Positions 23,683 to 36,945 of a DNA stretch of 64,000 bases are shown piece by piece. The DNA comes from Rhina ancylostomus (taxonomy: Eukaryota). Below the pieces are notes generated by a model that was not told the origin of the DNA, searched no databases, and saw only the letters and a program-made list of their open reading frames with translations. A program made the position numbers and the translations under genes. The stretch is taken from NCBI GenBank assembly GCA_030265395.1, contig JARFYF010000001.1:44985220-45049219 (forward strand), read 5' to 3'. Position 1 is the first letter of the stretch; every line of letters starts with the position of its first letter.

Positions 23683-24789
23683 GAAGAAAAATAACTGCTA
23701 AAGAAAGGGCAGCAGAAGTACTTACAGGAGTTTATAGCCTGTGCCTGGTAATGTCTTTGGGAATGTGTCTGTTCCACAGTACTAACAATGAATATATTAC
23801 ATCTGTGATTTTCACAACTGACGTTTTGCCAGGTGATTACTAACGTGAATATCATTTTTATAATATTTGAATACACTACAGAGCTTAAGATTGACTTTCA
23901 TTCAGTCCAAATGAAATAATTGTATGTAGTCTAATATCGGTTCAGCAAAGTCAAGCTCTGCACTTCTACTGACAGGTTAATACTCAGTCACAGCAGCTTT
24001 AATTATTGTGTAGCTCTCGGGCTGGCTCTTCTCCCATCAGTTCTCCATTTCTGTAATTCACTCCCACATATCATCTTTCACCTGAGATTGCACCATGGCA
24101 TCGGTTACATAATTGTATGGAACTATTTCAAAGTCAGTTAACAAGGTACACCCTTACCACCTCCAAAAATGCTGCCTGCATCATCAAGGAAATACTCTAA
24201 CTTAAAGCTAACTCAATGGAATGATGGCTTTTCCTGCATAATCATTTGGATTGCTTTATTGGCTTTGAATACCACAAAGATGAATGAATCTTTTCTGCTT
24301 TGGGAACCCTAATAACCTTGCTCTTTTTGTTGCTTGGCTTCTATTAGGATGGATCTAAAGTACATAGTATGCCCGAAGTAAAATGACTGATCTTTATCCA
24401 GTTGTGATCTGTATGGCAAAAGTTGCCAAAGTTGCCCGTTAATACCTAGTGGCAAAGAAATTCAAGGTAACAGTAACATAGTGTGATGTAGACAAAGATG
24501 TTCAGCCCCTGGAAGTGAATGACAGAGCACCAGCTAGCATCAACGTACTTCCTAAGAGTAGATGTAACCTGAGGAATCTAAGACTTATTCTATGAACCTT
24601 GAGGTATCTGTTTATAAGGAATAGCCAACTTCTAGGATCCTACCTTTGAAAGTATCTCTTCTGATCTTGGATTTCCACCTCATCCCCCTCCTCCTACTTT
24701 ATACATAAATATATATAGGGATTACCCATCAGAAACACATACACCAGTGCAAAATTTCACATTTTGCACAGCCAATTTAGCATTGCAGT

Positions 24790-24985
24790 TAAAGTCTTAA
24801 AATAAAAATAGAAAATGCTGGAAATACTCAGCAAGTCAGGCTCCATCTGTGGAGAGAGAAACTGAGGTAATGTTTCAGGTTGATGAACTTTCATGACAAC
24901 TGAAGAAAAATTACAAACCAAACATATTTAAGTTGCAGAGCAGAGGGAGAGGTGGAGAGAACAAAGTAAAGCATGTAGCAATAAA
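24790..24985 (-). mobile_element. Penelope-type terminal repeat with hammerhead relic
   Basis: On -: cagttgtcatgaaagttcatcaacctGAAACattacc...tctccacagatggagcctgacttgctgagtatttccagcattttct. Confidence 0.7.
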
Positions 24986-27900
24986 AGTCCTTATGGACTC
25001 TTAAAAGAGCCATAAACAAATATACAGGCAAGGTATAACTTTTAGCTATGGCAGCTCACGGTAGTACCTGCCTCACGGTTGCTGTTTTTACATGTCATAC
25101 CACTAAATATAGTAGTAAGTTGAATTTGGTTTATGTGGCATCACAGGAAAATACCATAGGATGGTTAGTACAAATCCTTTGTCTCCATTTAACTCCATTG
25201 TGGCAAGTAATAGGGAAATGCTGCTACTGAGGTGAATTCTGCAGCAATTTGTTATCAGTCTAGTTAATTGTGGAACCATATCATGTAATTTTATTCTGTT
25301 TATTGCCATGAAAGTAAACTTTAAATCATAGGAAAATCCAGCCGTCCAATTATTTAGATTCTAGTTTAGAATCAGAATCCTATAATATTAAATTCTCGGC
25401 ATCTTTCTTATTCTACAGTGGTTTCTTAAAGACTACAGACTAAGGACAAAAATCTATATGCTGAGTCCCATGGCAAAAATTTATTTGTTTTTGGGTTATA
25501 TTCTACTTACATTCCTTGCCATGGCTCATTTCGTTTTTGGAATCAGAGGCAATAATAATATGCCTGCCATGACCACTGTGAGAGGGACTGGAACACTACT
25601 GACACACAGCTACATACTTATTTAAGGAGTGGGTCACTTACATTGACGTGAAAAGCACAAGTCTTCTATACATACTTAATTTAAAAGAAACATTGCTGGG
25701 GCCCTGTCTTGAATAAAGAAAGCTTTCTCATGCATCTTAAGTTCAAATCCTGCCTAAAGATATTTTTTTCTTTTAATAAATTCATATTTATCTTAAAACA
25801 GTGGAGATTAAAGTTTCTGTGTAGTTACATGCATAGCTGATTTCCAGCAAAACTTTGATTGAAGAACAGAATTCTGATTCACCAGAGCTATTCCATCATA
25901 TAAAATTCCTGATGCAGGCATAACATTTTAATGTATTATCCTGATCCAAGCATAAAATGTTCCCCAATTATTCATGTTTTCATTGCTCAGCATACTGAAT
26001 ATTGTCAGTCTAGCATATGTCAGTCATCTTCCTCACACTTAACAACTTCCTGTGAAAGATCATGTTTTGTAAAATAATGTGTTTAATAATTTGGAACCGG
26101 TTTCAATGGCTGGCCAAAATACATTGAAGGTATTATAATCAGGCCTTTCTAATTTACAAATGGTTGATAAAGTTCTGATCCAAAAAAAAATTATTGTTGG
26201 GATTTCACTAACTGCTACCACTGTGAATATCCTAGGGGGATTTCCTCCAATCTGATATTGTTATTTCAGGAGATGCCATATCTGCATGGTGCAAACAGGA
26301 TTTATACGAACTGTCTGCTAAAATTACGGGGCTAATTGAAAAAATCCGTAGTACTTTATCTATCTATTCACCAGTTTTATAAATTTGTCAGTTTGTAAAC
26401 AGGAGGCAGAACGATTCTGTTGTTTACCACATAGCAATTTTAAATATTATCTAGTAATCCAAATATGTTTATTCAACTGAAAAATGTTTAAGCATCTTCT
26501 GTGTTTATTTGTGTAGCATTAATCAATCTTCTGTAGCATGGACCCTGAGCAGAGGGGCACAGACAGAAGCCCAAGGATCAGTAAGATGTAGAAATAGTCC
26601 AACTGTAGGGATAGTTTCAGACAGAGTGAATGGCCGTCATCATTTGTAAGTGTTCAGTGATCTTAGTCAATGTAGGCATCTGGTTATGTGTGCAGTTTTT
26701 TTGTCAATTTTGGATCTTTAACACACTCTTCATGTTGCTCCTCATTCTTCCAATTTTCCTCTCCTCCTGGCACATTGTTAACATATATTAAATTTCCATT
26801 TAGAACTAAATGGAAGCAAGAGTTGTAAACACAGTAACAGAGAGATAATCAGGTAGATGTGACTTTGGCAAAATGCATATTTTAAATAAGAAATCTGGAG
26901 TAGCACTTATCTGAAAGAATGAGTAAGAAAACTTGGATTTATTAGTGTTATATCAAACTGTCTCCTGAAGGCTTGCACTGTTGTCAATACTGTATTTTTC
27001 AATCTGCTTGCAATAAGCTACATAATTAATGTAGCACTCCAACAGCTTTGCAGCAACACATTCCATGATAGTATTCCTGCTGAATGTACTAATCTATAGT
27101 GCAACTTTGATATAACATATGGAATAAAATTGCATCACTGTATGCCCCAAGATGGTGTGCATTTTATTCCTGGGCCCCTAGGAGTTAGTAATATTCCCAG
27201 CACCTTTGTTTGTGAAAGTCCTCCTAACAATGACTGTACTGTGGAGAGAGCAGGAAATTCTGAGAGAGGATTGGCAATTCAATGTTCCACAAATTGTATC
27301 TGTGGTACACAGAAATAGCAGAGAATGGAGGTGAATGTGGGGGAAGCTGCAATGAACTATCTTATAATTTCCAAAATTAGATAAATGTTAGTTTCACTTA
27401 TAATAAGGGTAGCTTTGTAACGCAGGTATTAAAGTTGTTCCCCAACATCCATGTTTTATCAAAGTTGTATGGTACTTGCAGTATTAAAAATGCAATGTTA
27501 TTCAATGGAGAGCACATTATGAGAAGAAAGGAGCACTTATTACATTCTCAAGAAAGGTTGACTTTGAGCCTTATCTAATCAGTGGACTGATGCTCATTGA
27601 TTTTTGTCTGTAGAATCATCAAAAAAAAAACCTTGAAATAAAATCACTCTTTATTGCCAAATGTGCAGTATCGATAAATTAATAAATTCTGACATGAATT
27701 CTTCAGCACAGCTCATGGAATATGGATACTGAACTAGGAAGAAGGTGGGGGAGGGAAGGAATGTTAATTCCAGGATAAAACAAGCAGCCTAATACAAAGC
27801 AAGGCCACCTGAGATTGCTAAGCACTGATCCATTGGCTGATGTCTTGACCAAAATGTCAGTATTTGCCTTACCTGCGACTAAAGTCATGGTTCTTAGATA

Positions 27901-28081
27901 TTATGAATTAAAAGAGGTAAAAGTGATTTGCTGGTGATCAGCAAATTGGGGTGGGATTAGTGGAGGACAAAAAAGGGAACCTGATAGGGGAGATCGACCC
28001 TACTCAGGTAGAGCAAAATTCAAAACTGTGATCAGCAGGGTGAAATATAGTCCAGTGGGTATGATCCCTGCTTCATTTTAA

Positions 28082-28290
28082 CTGTGGTTGATATCTGGAA
28101 CCCACTGCCAAAGCAGGTGGTAGAATCAGATATAGTTACTACATTTAGGCATTTAGACAGGCATTTAAATAAGCAAGGAATATAAGAAGATGTCCTAATG
28201 AGGGCAAATGGAGTTAGTGTAGATGGGTAAAAAGGTTGGCAGATACATGATGGGCCAAAGGGCCTGTTTCTGTGCTGTGTGTCACTATGC
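28082..28290 (+). mobile_element. CR1 LINE 3' end
   Basis: tggaacccactgccaaagcaggtggtaga (WN.LP..VV) and gatgggccaaagggcctgtttctgtgctgt tail. Confidence 0.85.
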
Positions 28291-28894
28291 CCAAGCACCA
28301 ATCCCAGATGAGCCAGTAAAAATCCCTTCNNNNNNNNNNNNNNNNNNNNNNNNNNNNNNNTGTCCGCTGTCACCACAAGTTTCAAATTCTGATTTTGTTT
28401 GCTGATGAAATGTGTTTTCCCATTCCTATAAGGATCTTTCTGTCAGCTATCTAAGTGAATAAAGATTTCCTTTAATTCCACTCCAATTTATTTTTATTTT
28501 GTTATCCTGGGAAAATGTCAAATAGTTAACTATGTTTTCCCACCCAAATTATTTTTATTGTAATTTATAATTTCTGATTCAGATAATCTCGAGGTAGTTT
28601 TAATCCACAAACTGTGGTACAGGAATGGTTGTATTGGGAGAAGTTAGAGTCTTAAATGTCTTAAACGCAGTCCCATTCTGTTAGACAAGGGCTCACTTCT
28701 TGATTTGACAGAGCTGGGAAGGGAGTGGTGACAAACCCACTATCTGGAGATGCACAGTTTTGGGAGAGGATGCATGGCTCCACGTTGGCAACTATTTTTT
28801 GTTTAACTAATGATGTTCAAAAGGAACAATCAGTGGGTAAAAAGAACTGAGGGGGCTGAATCCATCAGAGAAATTTAATTCAGCCCAGGAGGGA

Positions 28895-29215
28895 CAGGAG
28901 TGTTTCCTTCTCACCCAACAAGCTTGCCTCCAAACCCATGCATAATCAATAACCCCTCCCCTGGACATTACTTCAAGATCCCCTCCATGACTCGCACTAC
29001 ATTTTTTTTCAATTTGCTACCATTCAAAATCCAGGACAACGCACAACCACAAATTCTCCTGTTCCCTCAACCATCACAAGAACCCACGCCTGGAAGATCA
29101 CTGACCCGGAACATGAATCCACCCTCCCCTCCACTGGTACTTCCAATCATGCTGAATGTTTCCAGCATGTTCACCTTTTTTTTCAGATTTCCTGCAACTG
29201 CAATATTTTGCTCTT
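28895..29215 (+). mobile_element. Degenerate Penelope-like fragment ending in terminal repeat
   Basis: C-rich body, then tggaagatcactgacccggaacat...gctgaatgtttccagcat...tttcagatttcc...gcaatattttgct. Confidence 0.5.
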
Positions 29216-29719
29216 TGTTCGTTTATTAGCCATCATTTTTGTACTGTACAAATACTTGTCGTATTTCTCATTCCCTGGTGGATAAATATCAAAATGACAA
29301 GAAATGTTCCATCACTAGGAATGCAAACAAATTTTCCACAATCAATCTATGAATGAATATGAGAATTTCTTTCTTAACATGGGGAACCCAATATCTGAAT
29401 GCTTAATGTAGTGTGAATACAGAGCAGAAAAAGACTTTCCCCAAATGTCTACTTAGGCATAAGCCTCCATAATCTTTGCATTTGTACAGCAGAAATTCTG
29501 GCTCAATATTTCCTTCAAAGGATGTGATTTTCTTCCCCTACAGACACAGTCCAAGTATATTAAACATTCAGATGTGAATAGTGATTTGTTAATCTGCCCT
29601 TGGTTAATCAAACAACCATGAAAATCTGCCACCTCCATATACATCCTTGTCATTTTAAGTGAAGCTCAATGGGATTCACTGCTACAATGACTCTGTCTTT
29701 GCTTGTGCATCTGTCTGTA

Positions 29720-30100
29720 AATAACATTAGGAGCAGCCATTATATCTCACCTACCAGATGACATTTGGTAAACTGATCAATAAAAGTAAAAGGTTAGCTG
29801 TGAAATTCATAAATTTCTGACTTTGATAAACTTTTCTTTAACTTAAAGGTATTTAAAATGACAGCTTCATGTTTTAGTTATTCTAACAACTGAGACAAAT
29901 GTCCATAGGAAATTTAAAAAGAAAATCTTTATGGCATCATTAAGTCGCTAACAGTGAACCATGCAGTTCTAATGAAACTTGGCTTGTCTTATTAGGTTTG
30001 TTTGCTTTTGTCTGAACAGGAGAATTTGTCCAGGGCAGACATAGTCATTCCATTAAAACAACCTGTGCAGCTTACAACAGAAACAAAACTGCTCCTTGAG
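29720..30100. promoter_or_regulatory. Candidate conserved non-coding block
   Basis: Repeat-free; TGACAT, TGACAG, CATAAA, TTTATGG and CATTAA cores. Confidence 0.25.
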
Positions 30101-31559
30101 CGACGATATATCCAATAATAGGTGGCTAGTTGTGTGTCAAAAAGCACTTACACAATCAAGACAGCCAGTTGACATCATAAAGCAGGAGAGTAGAGCTCAA
30201 GTAGTTATGTTATTTGAACTCTGAGATTTGTGTAACTACCTTGAACCTACTCATTGTTGTTTGTTATTTTACAGACTGTGGCAGCAAATGGCAGACAGTG
30301 AGTTCACAGCAATTACAGAAGGCCATTGCAATGGTGGAGGATACATTACAAGGACCCGTGGGATAAGATTTAGATCTCACAAGTGGGTTGACCTGATAAT
30401 TCACAAGCAATTTTGGTTGTTTGTGAGTTACGGACAGCGGCACAAAGCAAGATATAAATTATATCCCATGGGTCTCCATAATGTATTCTGTTTAACTCAT
30501 AGTGCATGTATTAATTTGGCAAAAAATTGTAAGGTTAATTAAGCAAAGAGGTAAAAATAAAAGATTGGTTTAGTGATGCACAACATTCTTTTGCATCTTG
30601 GTTCCAGGGCATGTTGAGGCACTGTAAATACTCATTAACTATCGCTGTGTGTGGTGAGGTGAAATCTTGAAACTTCCAACATTCTTCTTAAATGGTTTCA
30701 AAAGAAATATCTTGAAATAATTAAAATATGATGCCAATAGTATTTAATCTAAGTAATGCAATTAAGAGCAGAATAAATTATTAGTCACTTGCAGTTATTG
30801 AAAGGATGATTGATAGGAGTCTGCAAAATGTTCTATACGATTATTTTGCATTGTATATACAACAGAATTTGCTTGTGATATTTTTCCTGCAATTCCTGAA
30901 TGGAAAAACTATTATGGTATTACAAACTACTAAATCATTCCCATAAATTTCTCCATAATTTTAAAGTGATAATTGTACTCTGTTGAAACACTACACATTT
31001 AAGATCTAAATTATTCTCATCAAGTCACGACGTAATAATTGTACTTGTTAATGTAATTATATCTTTAATAACTGAGTGAATTCTCTATCATTTAATCTTT
31101 CTGATGATGCTTTTACCCCAGTTTTTCAGTTGATACACCCTTCTCTTGTTCTTCTTAAACATAGCAACATTTTTATTCACCAGCACACATTTTTTTTGGA
31201 TGCCATAAGAGCCCTTGCAAGTTCAAGCGCCATCTGTAAGCTGCACATTTCTAGCATCATTCATGCCTGACACCATATTGGTGAGGGGTTAGTGTGCGTA
31301 CACTGATGCCAGTTGCAAGACTGCAGAATGAGTACGTTTTGACATCAAATTACTAAACAGTGGTGAAATGTGCAGAGTTAGATATATTGCAGTGGCCTCC
31401 TCTCGGCTCTTGTTAAAAGGAACATTGACTACTTTAAGGCTAGTTGTTAATTACTTTTTTCTCATTGTTGTGATACTGCAAGTGTTGCTCAGTATAATGG
31501 GAATAGAGCATTAGACGGAAAGTGCTTTATGCAAACTTTTGGCTTCTACACAAATTAAA

Positions 31560-31775
31560 AATTAAAAAAAATTACTGGAACTACTCAGCAGATTGGACAT
31601 CATTTATGGAACAGTAAACCGAGTTTACATTTCAAGTCAATGACCTTTCATTTCAACTAAAGAAAGGTAATCTGGCTGAAATGATAATTCTTTCTGCAAT
31701 AACAGATGCTGCCCATTGAGTATTTATGGAGTCTTTGTTCTTATTCTGGAGTTTCAGCAATTGTAGTTTTTCACT
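31560..31775. mobile_element. Inverted pair of Penelope-type terminal repeats
   Basis: ctggaactactcagcag...tttcaagtcaatgacctttcat (minus copy), then aagaaaggtaatctggctgaaat...cagatgctgcccattgagtattt (plus copy). Confidence 0.55.
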
Positions 31776-31800
31776 ACAACACAAACTACTTGTTCCAGTT

Positions 31801-32760
31801 ATGGGACATTAGTAAGTTCTCTCATTCCAAAACAGTATGGCAGTGAGAGTGAGCAGAGGATATGCCACCGGACCAGCTGCTGGTAGTTGTAGGGCGGGGA
31901 GGAAGAGGAGAAGATCTCCCAGCAAGAAGGCTACTTTGCCAGGACTGTCAAGAGCAATTCTCCCTCTTGAACCTCAGTAAGAAACTTTGAGAGACATTCA
32001 CACTTTGAGAAACGCAAAGTCACTAAAATCTTCCTCTACTGCAGCCACCATTCTGCAGCAGGACTAAGACCCCAATGCCAGTAGCCATCAGGGTCACAGA
32101 AGCCATAATCTTTTATACATATGGCTTCTTCCAAGCTGAAACTGGAGATATTTAGATTGCCTTGCAATTTGCCATTTTCTATTGAACAAGGAAGGTACCT
32201 TTTCAAAACTGCTGACTATATTTCATTCTCCATTGTTGGAAACCAGCAGGTNNNNNNNNNNNNNNNNNNNNNNNNNNNNNNNNNNNNNNNNNNNNNNNNN
32301 NNNNNNNNNNNNNNNNNNNNNNNNNNNNNNNNNNNNNNNNNNNNNNNNNNNNNNNNNNNNNNNNNNNNNNNNNNNNNNNNNNNNNNNNNNNNNNNNNNNN
32401 NNNNNNNNNNNNNNNNNNNNNNNNNNNNNNNNNNNNNNNNNNNNNNNNNNNNNNNNCTGCTGTGCCATCTACATTTGAACACTTGGTAAACCATGTGGTG
32501 GGCCCTGAATGATGAAAGCAATCTATTGATGACATGGCTGATGGATTAAGTGTGCAATACCCAGTGATGTGGCCAGTGTGCAGACAATGTGACAGAACCA
32601 ACCATTGGCAGGGTGAAGCAAAACATCCACGAGCTGGACTGGTCTGGAGAAGTCCACCAATACTCAGCTGAGCAGCTGCCGAGATTTTCGGTGCCCAGTT
32701 TGAGGCCACACATCACCATCATGAGGGCACAGCTGTCACCAGCAGCTACAGGGTGAACAA
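31801..32760 (+). pseudogene. PIF/Harbinger (HARBI1-like) DDE transposase relic
   Basis: Translation across frameshifts: EQFSLLNLS...RTKTPMPVAIRVTEAIIFYTYGFFQAETGDI; after the gap WALNDESNLLMTWLM...TEPTIGRVKQNIHELDWSGEVHQYSAEQLPRF. These match the HARBI1-family patterns AL.F.A.GSFQ..GD, LLGD.GY.L..WLM and IE..IG.LK.RFRCL. Confidence 0.8.
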
Positions 32761-33434
32761 GTTAGCAGGGTTTCTGGATCTGACACAGCAGCATTCTCTG
32801 CTGCATCACCCATTTCTACATCATCTTGGTTCATTGTGCAAAGGGAATTAGATACTTCTTCCACAATGGAAAAGATTGGCTTCCAAACTCTGTGCAAAAA
32901 CATCATGCAAGGTTGTTGTCAGGATGTTCCATACACCTGACAGTGAGCAAAGACTAACTGGCAGACATGTCAGTGCATCAAGCATTTCATTGTGTATGCC
33001 CATTAGCCGCCTTCTATAGCAGATCCCAATAATGGACGTATTTATCCTCTCCAGCAGAACCTGTGTGCGGTCTTTACCTGCAACCAGTTAGCACCTGTGC
33101 TGTCCTTTTACCTGCTCTGACTGCAGGCTTGATGTAGCACTCCATGTCGATCCCATCTTTAAACTATATACAATGTCTACATATGAGCTGATGGCTGCGA
33201 GAGTGAAATCCAATGACCACAAGTTTTAATCAGCATTGTGTTTTTAGCAACTCTTGCCTCACCTTATCAGGCTGTGGTTCCTGGGCCAATGAAATGTAAA
33301 AGGGGCAACAGTAAGGCTATGGTGTGGAGAGTAGGAACTGCATGGTTATACTGGTTGCAGTATGTAAATGGGGAGAGAATATGGGCTGGGGAGAAGGTGC
33401 AATGTAAAAAGGAAGATGAAGAATGAGGATTCCT

Positions 33435-33975
33435 TATCTTTGAGTTCAGTCCTGATGCTGGCAACAGTCCCAGGAACTGATGGCCCATGATGGTCGGGAC
33501 AGTTTCGTCAAAGGTATTTCGAACATTCACCCCGTCCCCTGATGTTATTTGCCGACTTCTCCATTTCAGCACTACTCTCTCCTGTAGGAGAGGGAGGTGT
33601 GTCATGGAACATATTTGGAGGGTGTGGCTGTCATGATCAAATAGCTGAAAGTGCATTCAAGCTGAGATGTTGGCTTTAGGTGGTGCACTGTGATAAGTGC
33701 GAGGCTGGAGTAAAACAAATGGATGTTTTAATGTCAGTGGCTGTGAAACATTGAGTAATGTCTCAGGCTGGTCATGCACTTGGCTGAATTTGGAGTTACA
33801 TTTGCAAACTTTGGCCACTGATGTGAGGCCATGGAATGAATATCTTTGGCAGTGCATCTGGGACCTTGAGCTTAAATCCAAGCATTGATCTACAAGGTGT
33901 CTCCTCCCATTGTTTCCTGTGCATGTTAGAAAGCCTCCTGATCTCCTGCAGGTTGAGAATACCACTCTGTTTCCA
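33435..33975 (-). pseudogene. Harbinger Myb/SANT (trihelix, NAIF1/MSANTD-like) DNA-binding protein relic, two exons
   Basis: Exon 1 (about 33975-33810), across frameshifts: ILNLQEIRRLSNMHRKQWEET...RSQMHCQRYSFHGLTSVAK (W..IA / RT..QC.K.W.DL-like). GT..AG phase-0 intron 33809-33582. Exon 2: ERVVLKWRSRQITSGDG..NTFDETVPTIMG (R..TGGG..LT..EE.V..I.G-like). Confidence 0.65.
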
Positions 33976-35864
33976 ACTCTAACATCAGAGTATCTGGTCT
34001 GTAAACCTTGAAATTTGCTCTTCCCCTCTTCCTCATACCCACCATCTTATTCCCCACCTGTAGTATTGTGCCATCTCTAAAGCTTCCCAGGTAATTTTCA
34101 GCTGTAAATTTCCTGCCAGTACCTGCTGCAACCAGAGTGCCCCTGCACTTTCAAAGGTGAGGGTTAGATATGTAATCAGCATAGGCTCATTTTAACTGAT
34201 GCCAACCATTCATCCTGCTGAAGTGTCCAGCCAATGATCAGGATGGTTGGTGCAGGAGTGATCATCCAATCGAAGAAATGTATGCAGAGCTTCTCTCCTC
34301 CCTGCAATGCAAATCAGAATCATATTTTTGGGGCCATTGAATTTACCTTCTTTATTTTTTCTGTCACATCTGCCTCTTCTCACCACTGCTTTGTTTCTGC
34401 TTGGCTTCAGTAATTTTCTATAAATATGCTAAAAGTTATAGCCCACCTCATGTCACATATTCAGTTGACAAACTGATTCTGATCAAGGGATGGCATAATA
34501 ACCTTGTATTACTATAAGCATAAATTACCCATCCTACCCTAAATAGAGGTCCTTTATCACTAGATAACACAGTCATTATAAACAAGGCAGCTTTCAAATA
34601 ATTGCGGCAAGACATTTTTTACTAAGAATATAAAATTCAATATGTGTGATTATATTAAAAGGATATAATTAAACATGATAGCATAATTTATGTTACTAAT
34701 TATGATGGTAATATTCAAATGATTTGTGAAAATATCATTTTTGATAAATGGAATTAATAATTTTGCCTCATTTTAAAATGCTTTTTAAAATTTCTCCAGC
34801 TAAACTACATAAAGTTTTTGTGCATGTCCTTTAAAACCATATTATATTCTTGTCAGAAATGGCTGTCAGCCGCTTTGCTGAGCTGGGGGTAATAACATGA
34901 CGTAAGATCTCATGCATTACATTTCTGTATATCAAGCAACAGAATTGTGAGGAGGTTTTGTTACCCGTATTATACTGTGTGGAACATCACAAATGATAAC
35001 AATGTTGCTTTTTCATCTGCTTCTATTATTTTCCAGCAGTTCACCTCTGTCACAGTGCCTACAGCTGCAAAGGCATGGAAGCAGAACTGTGGATTCCACC
35101 TCAGCACCAATGTTCCACAGTGATTTGGCCATTCAGAGGTTTGTCTCTGCCTGAAGATGGATATAGGTGAACCAGACTCCTGTCAGTTTTTCCCCAAGAG
35201 GACTATGCAATCCCACCAGAAGCCACAGAAGAACTGATGGAACTCATCACACACATTGTTAAAGCGACAGCCTCTGTCAAAACTCAAACCTCCTGTCACA
35301 GTGATGTCAGATGAGTGCCCTATTGCTTTATCACCACACCACTGAAGAAATGATTTTGGAATAGTCCCTGAAGTAAAGTCTCTCCTTCATGCTTTTTCAC
35401 TTTAGTATGCTGTTTATTTTAGCCGTCTTTAGTAGTGATAGGCCATTACAAATACTGGATCTGAGACACTGCATGCACTTATACAGAGGGCTCACGGCTA
35501 CATTTCCACTGTCGGTCTAAATCAGTTCAGACTCTGTAACATTCTTGGTTTCAGGCTTGAGACTTTCACATTCGCCAAAGTTTACAGGTCCAGATATATT
35601 CTGCAGAGGCAGAGATCAGAACTTTTTTTTTAACCTCCTTACTGGGACTCTGGAAAAAATGCCTGAGGTTTGCTCATTGACCCCATCTGTTACAGTCAAC
35701 CTTTAAGGATCCAAGCCATGGTCGAAGGTTGATTGCCAAGTGGACCTGACTTCCCGCTGGCCAGCAGGCTGACACATCCACTCACCTCAGATGTAGCAGC
35801 CCCCACTTCTGCTGAGCCGAGGACAAGGAACCTCCAGGATTTGCTCTGGGACTTTCCAAGATCA

Positions 35865-36156
35865 GGGCTTTTTCTCCCCCCAGGACTGGGGAATCAAAAC
35901 CTAGAGGACATGGTTTTAGGGTCAGAAGGGAAAGATTTAAGAGGAACCTGAGGGGCAACTTTTTCACCCAGAGCTTAGTCTGTATACATAGAATGAGTTT
36001 CCAGAGGAAGTGGCTGAGGCAGGTACATGGATAGGAAAGGTTTGGAGGGATATTAACCAAACATGGGCAAATGGGATGAGCTTAGATGGGAATCTTGGCA
36101 TGGACCAGTTAGCTGAAGGGCCTGTTTCCTTGCCGTATGACTCTATGACCATGACT
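35865..36156 (+). mobile_element. CR1 LINE 3' end
   Basis: ctagaggacatggttttagggtcagaagggaaagatttaagaggaacctgaggggcaactttttcacccagag...gaagggcctgtttccttgccgtatgactctatgac. Confidence 0.9.
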
Positions 36157-36787
36157 ACATCTTGGGTCACTGTCCTCATACTGGTGAAGTCGTGCCTCCA
36201 TGAAAGCCCTGCAATGACTGGAGGATTAAGAGCTGGTGAGCTTAGTTCCTGGTTTCACTCAACACTTGGGCAACATTGATGCTAGTCATGACAGCAGTGC
36301 ACCGGTAGGACAGCATCTCATAACATTAGGCATTACACACTTTATAGATCCCACACTTTTCCCATTGTACTTCATAATGTAAAATATTTGGCTGGAGTCC
36401 ATGTGGATGGAAATCCCCCTTGTGACACCGTTTTGATGGAAATAAAACCATTGTGTCCTTTGGGGGGAATATTCCCGACCAGGTTTACAGGCTTGCTTCT
36501 CCTTTAATAATTTGGTGCACTGAGGATTTCCTGCTCTGGCCATCAAAGCAGCTCAGTGCCTGTTGCAGAGTGGGGAGTCGTGCTGTACAACTGTCCCCCA
36601 ACCCCCATCTCTGCAATCCTTGGTTTCCTACTATGTGAGTATTGTGGCAGGATCCCAGCCATGCTACCCCCATAAACTACTGCAGTATGGCAAAAGATGT
36701 CATTCATTGTCCCTAGGATATTTCTGTCCCCCTTTGAAAAATTCTCATAACTTTTTATTGATTCCCAGAGTACAGGTAGGTTTTTTT

Positions 36788-36945
36788 AAGAACATAAGAA
36801 ACAGGAGTAGAAGGCTATTCAGCCCCTTGAACATTCAATAAAACTATGGCTGATCTTCAAGCATTTTCATGCACTATCCCCAAATCCTTAATTCTTCTAA
36901 ATCCAGAAATCTATTGATCTTTGATTTGAGTGCAATCAATAATAT
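36788..36945 (-). mobile_element. CR1 LINE 3' tail
   Basis: aagaacataagaaacaggagtagaaggctattcagccccttga...atggctgatc, same tail type as 9873. Confidence 0.75.

Larger units (their letters stand above)
31210..34335 (+). mobile_element. Fossil autonomous-type PIF/Harbinger DNA transposon (limits uncertain)
   Basis: Convergent transposase and Myb/SANT gene pair; terminal inverted repeats (TIRs) not confidently identified. Confidence 0.6.

Noticed and set aside
26270-26382. Acceptor followed by open frame DAISAWCKQDLYELSAKITGLIEKIRSTLSIYSPVL*
   Set aside because: Short, no recognised homology, no upstream partner exon.
30228-30542. 104-aa ORF with an internal acceptor at 30274
   Set aside because: No known motif in any frame; cannot be distinguished from chance.
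35037-35315. Exon-like, more GC-rich segment (FPQEDYAIPPEATEELMELITHIVK)
   Set aside because: No homology recognised and no consistent splice pair preserving a frame.
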